From positions 1-64,000 of the IMG/VR virus record IMGVR_UViG_3300036853_000417: DNA of 64,000 bases. The stretch is one strand, 5' to 3'. Made by a program: the position numbers and the translations under genes. Position 1 is the stretch's first letter, and each line of letters starts with the position of its first letter. Below the pieces are notes generated by a model. That model saw nothing but the letters and a program-made list of their open reading frames with translations. It was not told the DNA's origin and ran no database searches. Shown here piece by piece: positions 58,135-64,000 of the stretch. Source of the DNA: a virus.

Positions 58135-60264
58135 ATGGCAGTATTATATAAGCCTAGAGCATTTGGCGGTGCGGTTCCATATGAATCTCAGGCAGTGTCT
58201 CTTGCAGGCACGCTTGCAGGCACAGGTACGCTTGTACCTGTATTGTCGGCTTCTACTGCTCTCTCAGCAGAATTCGATGGAATTGGCACTTTAACAGGAA
58301 CGCTCTCAGCTAATCAATTAAAAGATATTGCTACACGTTTACGATTAGCTCTTTTTAAAGATATTGCCTCTCGATTACGTTTGGTGTCAGCTATTCAATT
58401 AAAAGATATTGCTACACGTCTAAGATTAATATCCACATTGCAATTCAAGGATATTATAACACGTCTAAGACTGATATCTGCATTACAGAGCAAGGACATT
58501 CCTTCACGTCTGAGATTGATATCTTCTAACCAATTAAAAGATATTGTTTCTCGATTCCGTTTGGCTATTTTCAAAGATACTACTGCTCGATTACGTTTAA
58601 TGTCTGCTAATCAATTAAAAGATATTGTCACCCGTTTCTCTCTCATAGGGAGTGTCCAGATACAGGGTATTATGACCCGGTTGAGATTGATATCAGCCTC
58701 ACAACTCAAGGATGTAGCTATTCGTCTGCGTTTGATGTCAGCAAATCAGATCAAAGACATCATATCCAGATTGCGCCTGATGTCTTCCTCGCAATTGAAG
58801 GATGTTATTTCTAGATTGCGTCTGAGAAGTGCAAATCAGATCAAGGACCTCATCACACGTCTGCGTTTAGCATTCTTTAAAGACATTGTTTCCAGACTTC
58901 GTTTAATGAGTGCCTCGCAACTAAAGAATGTAGCTCTTCGATTGCACCTGATGTCTGCTCCTCAGGTAAAGGATGCCGTAACACGTTTAAGACTGCGATC
59001 AATTAATCAATTCAAAGATATAGACACACGTTTGCGCCTGGCACTCTTTAAAGATATTTCTGCCAGATTGCGCGTAATGAGCTTGAGTCAGCTCAAAGAT
59101 ATCACTTCCAGACTTCGCTTAATATCTGCCAGCCAGCTGAAAGACATTGTTTCCAGATTGCGCTTGATATCAGGGAGTCAGCGCAAGGATGTGTCATCAC
59201 GTCTACGACTGGCACTCTTTAAAGACATTGTTGCACGTTTGCGCCTGATGTCTGCCAGTCAGATCAAAGATGTCGCTCTTCGGCTACGTCTGATATCTGC
59301 CAGCCAGCTCAAAGACATTATTTCCAGATTGCGCTTAAAATCAGCAAATCAGCTCAAGGATATCAATACACGTCTACGATTAGCGCTCTTTAAAGATATT
59401 GCGGCCAGACTGCGCTTGATGAGTGCCAAACAGTTTAAGGATGTTTCAACACGATTTATCCAGGTTGTGCCAGGGCAACAAATCAAGGATCTTATCACAC
59501 GTATGCGACTCATGAGTGCTAATCAACGCAAGGACATTCCTGCTCGCATGTGTTTGGCACTCTTTAAAGACATTGTTTCCAGATTGCACTTGATATCAGC
59601 TAGTCAACTCAAGGATGTAGAAACGCGTCTGAGAATAATGTCCACTCCTCAGATAAAGGATGCTCTAACCAGGATTCGATTGCGATCTGCTAATCAGTTC
59701 AATGACATCGACACACGTCTACGGTTAGCACTCTTTAAAGACATCGCTTCCAGGCTTCGTTTGATGAGTGCTGAACAGATCAAGGATACCACGACTCGCC
59801 TGAGAATGAGGAGTGCTAACCAGCTTGAGGACATCGTTTCAAGGCTCAGTCTAATGTCTGCTAGCCAGCTCAAGGATGTCACTTCCAGGCTTCACTTAAT
59901 GTCTGCCAGTCAGTTCAAGGATGTCGTATCCAGACTGCGCCTGATGTCAGCTATCCAGTTCAGGGATATGTCCATTCGTTTGCGCCTGATGTCAGCTTTA
60001 CAACAAAATGACCTCGATACCCGTTTGCAATTAATGTCAGCAAGACAATTATGTGATATCAATGTACGTCTTCTCCTAACATATGCTATTCAATTAAAAG
60101 ATATTACATCAAGACTGATTCTTATTTATGATGCGGATCAATATCACGATATTCCTTGTCGCTTTATTTTAACGACAATAGTGGATGGGACTTTCTATGT
60201 ACGTAGTGGTAACATTACGTCATATGTACGTAGTGGTGATATTAACATGTATGTAAGGAGCTAA
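58135..60264 (+). CDS. Basic tandem-repeat protein (about 40 repeats of 15/12 aa)
   Basis: xSAxQLKDIxxRLRL units punctuated by ALFKDIxxRLRL units. Confidence 0.85.
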   Translation: MAVLYKPRAFGGAVPYESQAVSLAGTLAGTGTLVPVLSASTALSAEFDGIGTLTGTLSANQLKDIATRLRLALFKDIASRLRLVSAIQLKDIATRLRLISTLQFKDIITRLRLISALQSKDIPSRLRLISSNQLKDIVSRFRLAIFKDTTARLRLMSANQLKDIVTRFSLIGSVQIQGIMTRLRLISASQLKDVAIRLRLMSANQIKDIISRLRLMSSSQLKDVISRLRLRSANQIKDLITRLRLAFFKDIVSRLRLMSASQLKNVALRLHLMSAPQVKDAVTRLRLRSINQFKDIDTRLRLALFKDISARLRVMSLSQLKDITSRLRLISASQLKDIVSRLRLISGSQRKDVSSRLRLALFKDIVARLRLMSASQIKDVALRLRLISASQLKDIISRLRLKSANQLKDINTRLRLALFKDIAARLRLMSAKQFKDVSTRFIQVVPGQQIKDLITRMRLMSANQRKDIPARMCLALFKDIVSRLHLISASQLKDVETRLRIMSTPQIKDALTRIRLRSANQFNDIDTRLRLALFKDIASRLRLMSAEQIKDTTTRLRMRSANQLEDIVSRLSLMSASQLKDVTSRLHLMSASQFKDVVSRLRLMSAIQFRDMSIRLRLMSALQQNDLDTRLQLMSARQLCDINVRLLLTYAIQLKDITSRLILIYDADQYHDIPCRFILTTIVDGTFYVRSGNITSYVRSGDINMYVRS

Positions 60265-60265
60265 T

Positions 60266-60637
60266 ATGATTGATGATTTTAGTCCCATCATGCAGGGAGA
60301 TACGGGTAATCCATTTAATGTGCAAATTCGATATACGGCTAATGGAAAACCATATCCACTTGATAATGTCACCTTTAGCATGAAAATGCAGATTATCGAA
60401 ACAATTGGAGATATTGGGAAAGTAGGTATGGTCAAGACCTGTTCAGTCAGTGGGGATGGTGCGGTGATTGTGGATGATGCTGAAAATGGTAAGTGCCATC
60501 GACAGTGGCAACCGGAGGATGTAGACATTCCTGGGAAATGGGGGATTTATCTGAAAGCAATAAGAGCGGGACGGAGCGTTACAGGGGATAATGGATTTGG
60601 CCATCCAAAAACTATTACCATTCTTCCAGCACCATAG
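60266..60637 (+). CDS. BppU-like/Ig-fold virion protein
   Basis: QGDT..F...PYPL...DAENGKC..W...DVDIPG.W. Confidence 0.6.
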   Translation: MIDDFSPIMQGDTGNPFNVQIRYTANGKPYPLDNVTFSMKMQIIETIGDIGKVGMVKTCSVSGDGAVIVDDAENGKCHRQWQPEDVDIPGKWGIYLKAIRAGRSVTGDNGFGHPKTITILPAP

Positions 60638-60649
60638 AAAGAGCAACAC

Positions 60650-61561
60650 ATGCCAAAATATCTCACCACACAACAATATAGAGATCTTGATGCAGGTACC
60701 AGCCTTGCTGACATCAATGACTTTACTCTGGCAAGGCTTATTGCTCGCGCTGAAACAGCAGTCGATGCTCATATGGGATTTGATCTCGCTTATGGGGGAT
60801 TTGAACCGCATCCTGTCTGGGTTCAATGCGCATATGATATGCAATCACGAAAAATAACCTATGCTGGAATTGTACCGGTACAGGTCATTAATCGCTATCG
60901 TATACAAATTTCAAATCAGGGGGATGGTTCGGGCTTTTTTGCCACTATTCGACCACAGGATTGTGTGATTAATCAGGGAGATAAATACATTGAAATTGTC
61001 CCGTTTCAAGCAATCACCTTTGATATTACTCCTTTCCTTTTTCAGTTTGGTCTTAATCCTCCTATTATGCAGATGGATAGTTTTGTCTGTTTTTATACCC
61101 CGTTCTTCAATGACGCTTTATATAACACAGGAGATAACAGGGCATATAGGGCGCTACGAGGATTCTGGGCATCAACCTATATCCAGGCAACATATTTACA
61201 ACCATTTCAGATACCACAGGTTCCTCCCATTGTGTATGTAGATGGGATTATTGCAACAGATTACACGATAGATTATACGGAAGGGGCTATCACGTTTGAT
61301 GAAGCGCAATCGGCAAATGCAAAAGTTACCGCTGATTACACAGCACAAATACCGGATACGGTGCGAGAGGCAACAATTCGTCAGGTCACGTACATTTTGG
61401 AACAGAGAGCGCTCAAAAAGACGGGAATGGGAAGCATCATGCGTGCCAGGAATGCTGATCAAGAAATACAACTCTTTTCGAAAGGGGATGGACAGATAGT
61501 TGTTCTCTGTGAAGAGGCTGCAAAATGTCTCGTAAATTATGAGGAGATTGCAATCGCATGA
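60650..61561 (+). CDS. Head-tail adaptor protein
   Basis: KYLT..Y...LARLIARAETAVD, IPDTVREATI. Confidence 0.7.
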   Translation: MPKYLTTQQYRDLDAGTSLADINDFTLARLIARAETAVDAHMGFDLAYGGFEPHPVWVQCAYDMQSRKITYAGIVPVQVINRYRIQISNQGDGSGFFATIRPQDCVINQGDKYIEIVPFQAITFDITPFLFQFGLNPPIMQMDSFVCFYTPFFNDALYNTGDNRAYRALRGFWASTYIQATYLQPFQIPQVPPIVYVDGIIATDYTIDYTEGAITFDEAQSANAKVTADYTAQIPDTVREATIRQVTYILEQRALKKTGMGSIMRARNADQEIQLFSKGDGQIVVLCEEAAKCLVNYEEIAIA

Positions 61562-61938
61562 TTCCGCTGAAAAATGTCGTCATCTCAACTAAACGTCCGG
61601 GCATCTATACCGCATCAACAGGAACATCTGCACCAGGTCCTTACCTCTCGCTGGTTCCAGCATATGCAGGACCTGTCCCGGAGTCTGACTATCGCACAGG
61701 GACAGCCCCCATTTTGGAAAGTGATTATCTGCTAAAAGTGGACATTGGAATAGACATTAGGAAAGGAGACATTATTAGCGAGGTGTGCCTTAACAATTCA
61801 CCTGTATATAGTGCATGGGATGAACTGGGAATCAATGAAACGCTTCTCGTCAGTTTTGCTAGAAATAGTTCGGCTGGAGTTTTGCAGCATCGCAGAGTCT
61901 ACTGCAAACGTATTACAGCAGGTGGACCTGTAGTATAG
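61558..61938 (+). CDS. Head closure/stopper (putative)
   Basis: Synteny; DIRKGDII. Confidence 0.55.
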   Translation: MIPLKNVVISTKRPGIYTASTGTSAPGPYLSLVPAYAGPVPESDYRTGTAPILESDYLLKVDIGIDIRKGDIISEVCLNNSPVYSAWDELGINETLLVSFARNSSAGVLQHRRVYCKRITAGGPVV

Positions 61939-61949
61939 GAGGAAAGATA

Positions 61950-62195
61950 ATGAGTAATTCAGTTTTAGCACGATTTTCATTACAAGAAGTGGCACGCGTT
62001 TACTACTGGCAAGAGCCGCATCAAGCAACCAGGATACGACTACAGGCTGTGCATGGAGAGCCATTTGGAAGTGCCACGCCAAGCGCAAATATAGAAATGG
62101 TCATTGTCAATCCAGAAGCAGCAGCCGTCTTCAACAATGCTGAGATTGGTAAGGAGTTCAATGTCATGATCTCTCCTGTTGAGGATCAGACATGA
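61950..62195 (+). CDS. Small conserved phage protein
   Basis: FGSATPSANIEMVIVNPEAA..F...KEF.V.ISP. Confidence 0.65.
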   Translation: MSNSVLARFSLQEVARVYYWQEPHQATRIRLQAVHGEPFGSATPSANIEMVIVNPEAAAVFNNAEIGKEFNVMISPVEDQT

Positions 62196-62698
62196 ACATT
62201 AAAAGTGATGCATCTGGCATGGACATCCTTTACCAACAATTCAGTCGGTTGTATGCAGAATTTCCTTATATGACACGAGAGATTGCACGACACACTGGTG
62301 ATGCGGTTACGCAATTACTCCATGATAGTGCACCTCGTGGTTCCCTCGGAGGACCGCCACCTCCGGGGGATGCGGGAGGCTCACTTGCATCCTCGTTTCA
62401 GGCAGAGGTGATAGAAATCGGTGGGGGAAGTGTTACGCTCAACCTGTTCACCAGTCAACCAACCAAGCTGGGATACGTGACAAAGGGGACGGGTATCTAT
62501 GGTCCCTCGCGTCATCGTATTGTCCCTCGTGAAAAGCGAGCGCTATTCTGGCAGGGAGCTGCGCATCCCTACCGCAGTGTTGCCGGACAACGCCCGAACA
62601 ACTTCGTTAAACGAGTACGCAATCGCTTTGACGAGATTGTCCAAACGGAAATGGATCGCTTGATCGAGGAGATGAATCAAATGGTAGGAGGTGGATGA
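62192..62698 (+). CDS. HK97 gp10-like tail completion protein
   Basis: YVTKGT...HRIVPREKRALFW...V.GQRPNNF. Confidence 0.75.
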   Translation: MNIKSDASGMDILYQQFSRLYAEFPYMTREIARHTGDAVTQLLHDSAPRGSLGGPPPPGDAGGSLASSFQAEVIEIGGGSVTLNLFTSQPTKLGYVTKGTGIYGPSRHRIVPREKRALFWQGAAHPYRSVAGQRPNNFVKRVRNRFDEIVQTEMDRLIEEMNQMVGGG

Positions 62699-63278
62699 GA
62701 CACCTCCCAAAAATTATACACATAATTTTTTGTTGATAGAGGAGATGCAGAGAGTGCTACGTGGATTCAACAATCCGCAGGATGTTCTGACAGTGATGGG
62801 TGTGTTTAAACAACTCTTGCCGAGTGACCCAAAAACAGGACAATCTAATACCAGACTTGGGGACATTATGAGCGCAACTGGGGTTGATCTTATCTACATC
62901 CAAAAGCGCTATGAAATGTTGCTCGGTCCCAAACCAGCACTCTTAATTGAGGCGGGTCCTCAGATATCAAGGCTCGCAGCAGGAGAGGGACGGGATGGAG
63001 AGATGCGCATCAAGATCCGTTACATTGACACCTGGGATCGTCAACCTGATACCATTGATACCATCAAATTAAACAATATGATCGATCTCATGCGCATGCA
63101 GGCAAATCTGGAAAACAACGATGCATCCACCTTTCAGAGGCATGATTACAGTATGAGCCTGCCAACGATGACACTTGGAGGATATGAGGGAGCCATTGAT
63201 GACGTGACCATACCAGGAACCAGCCTTATTGTTCATGATCTTGACGTTGTGGTCAATGTGCTCCCGTATGATGTCTGA
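62691..63278 (+). CDS. Tail terminator (putative)
   Basis: Synteny before the tail tube gene. Confidence 0.55.
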   Translation: MDETPPKNYTHNFLLIEEMQRVLRGFNNPQDVLTVMGVFKQLLPSDPKTGQSNTRLGDIMSATGVDLIYIQKRYEMLLGPKPALLIEAGPQISRLAAGEGRDGEMRIKIRYIDTWDRQPDTIDTIKLNNMIDLMRMQANLENNDASTFQRHDYSMSLPTMTLGGYEGAIDDVTIPGTSLIVHDLDVVVNVLPYDV

Positions 63279-63291
63279 TCAGGAGGAAAAG

Positions 63292-63684
63292 ATGGAAGAA
63301 GAATTTGTACCTGCACGATATATCGGCAATCACATTGTAGATTTACAGAAAAGTCGAAGAGACTGGAAACACATTGATGGCACTCCCATGACCAATCTTC
63401 AATTAAGCAATGGTGATGTTGTCATGATGCCTGCACAGGAGGTCATCGGTCAAACATTCTTCTTTGATCGCAACGGCAATGCCCCTCCTCTCTGGCTTGG
63501 ATATGGTCGTGTCGTCAAGTCCGAACACGCTGCTGTTCCTGTAGAGGATCTGGGACCCCTGGGATATGAGTTTCATGATGGCCGACCTGATTTTGAGGTG
63601 CTTGAAACACCGTCAGAGCAATCTCCAGAAGCTATTCCAGAATCGATCACGATTGATGAAAGACAGGTTGAGGAGGAAAAGTAA
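63292..63684 (+). CDS. Hypothetical protein
   Basis: AGGAGG RBS. Confidence 0.65.
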   Translation: MEEEFVPARYIGNHIVDLQKSRRDWKHIDGTPMTNLQLSNGDVVMMPAQEVIGQTFFFDRNGNAPPLWLGYGRVVKSEHAAVPVEDLGPLGYEFHDGRPDFEVLETPSEQSPEAIPESITIDERQVEEEK

Positions 63685-64000
63685 ATGGCGTTAATTGTAC
63701 CAGTTCGTGAAAATAATGGATACCTTGGTTTTAGCAAACAGACGGTATCAGATGTAGCGGTTGCGCCATCGGTATTTCCCAGGTGGATGGACGGATCTGG
63801 AATTGAGATAATAGCAGACTCCGAAACCATTGAGGAAGGAGAAGGATCACGCCGCACATCCATTATTATTAAAAATGGGCAAAGGGCAAAAATAAAGCTG
63901 AAAGCCGCTTTTCGTGCCAATGAGTTAGGGTTTTTTGAGGCGGCTTCAATGGGGAGTGGAAGTGATGTGTATACTGCCCCAACTGTCAGCACAACCCTTT
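63685..64000 (+). CDS. Tail tube protein (5' part, runs off the window)
   Basis: MALIVPVRENNGYLGFSKQT...; open frame to the window end; synteny. Confidence 0.65.
   Translation, partial: MALIVPVRENNGYLGFSKQTVSDVAVAPSVFPRWMDGSGIEIIADSETIEEGEGSRRTSIIIKNGQRAKIKLKAAFRANELGFFEAASMGSGSDVYTAPTVSTTL

Noticed and set aside
58135-60264. DGR or CRISPR-like interpretation of the DNA repeats
   Set aside because: The repeats are in-frame coding units with synonymous divergence; no reverse transcriptase or TR/VR pair in the window.

Overview
The window is a segment of a large tailed dsDNA phage or prophage (siphovirus-like). The host is inferred, not shown, to be Chloroflexota/Ktedonobacteria-like. 1-23 kb is an early/accessory region with two cas-less CRISPR arrays of different 37-bp repeats, host-like cargo (TerC, HD-GYP/LuxR, F420 PPOX, vWA), a tyrosine recombinase and a ParB-methyltransferase. 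23.7-29.5 kb is a DNA base-hypermodification cluster (two ParB-like proteins, TET-associated glycosyltransferase, P-loop kinase, TET/JBP-like dioxygenase, amino acid:DNA transferase, FAD oxidoreductase) running straight into the terminase and portal. The morphogenesis region (29.5-64 kb) is heavily invaded. It contains a methyltransferase split by an antisense HNH gene, an 8-kb accessory block between protease and capsid, an ORF-less IscB-type omega-RNA element, an ORF-less group I intron in a virion gene next to a free-standing HNH, and two tRNA-Ile genes (GAU and the unusual UAU). Seven copies of a conserved ~120-bp sigma70 promoter/operator/RBS module head the accessory cassettes. All family calls come from motif recognition by eye; no database searches were run.
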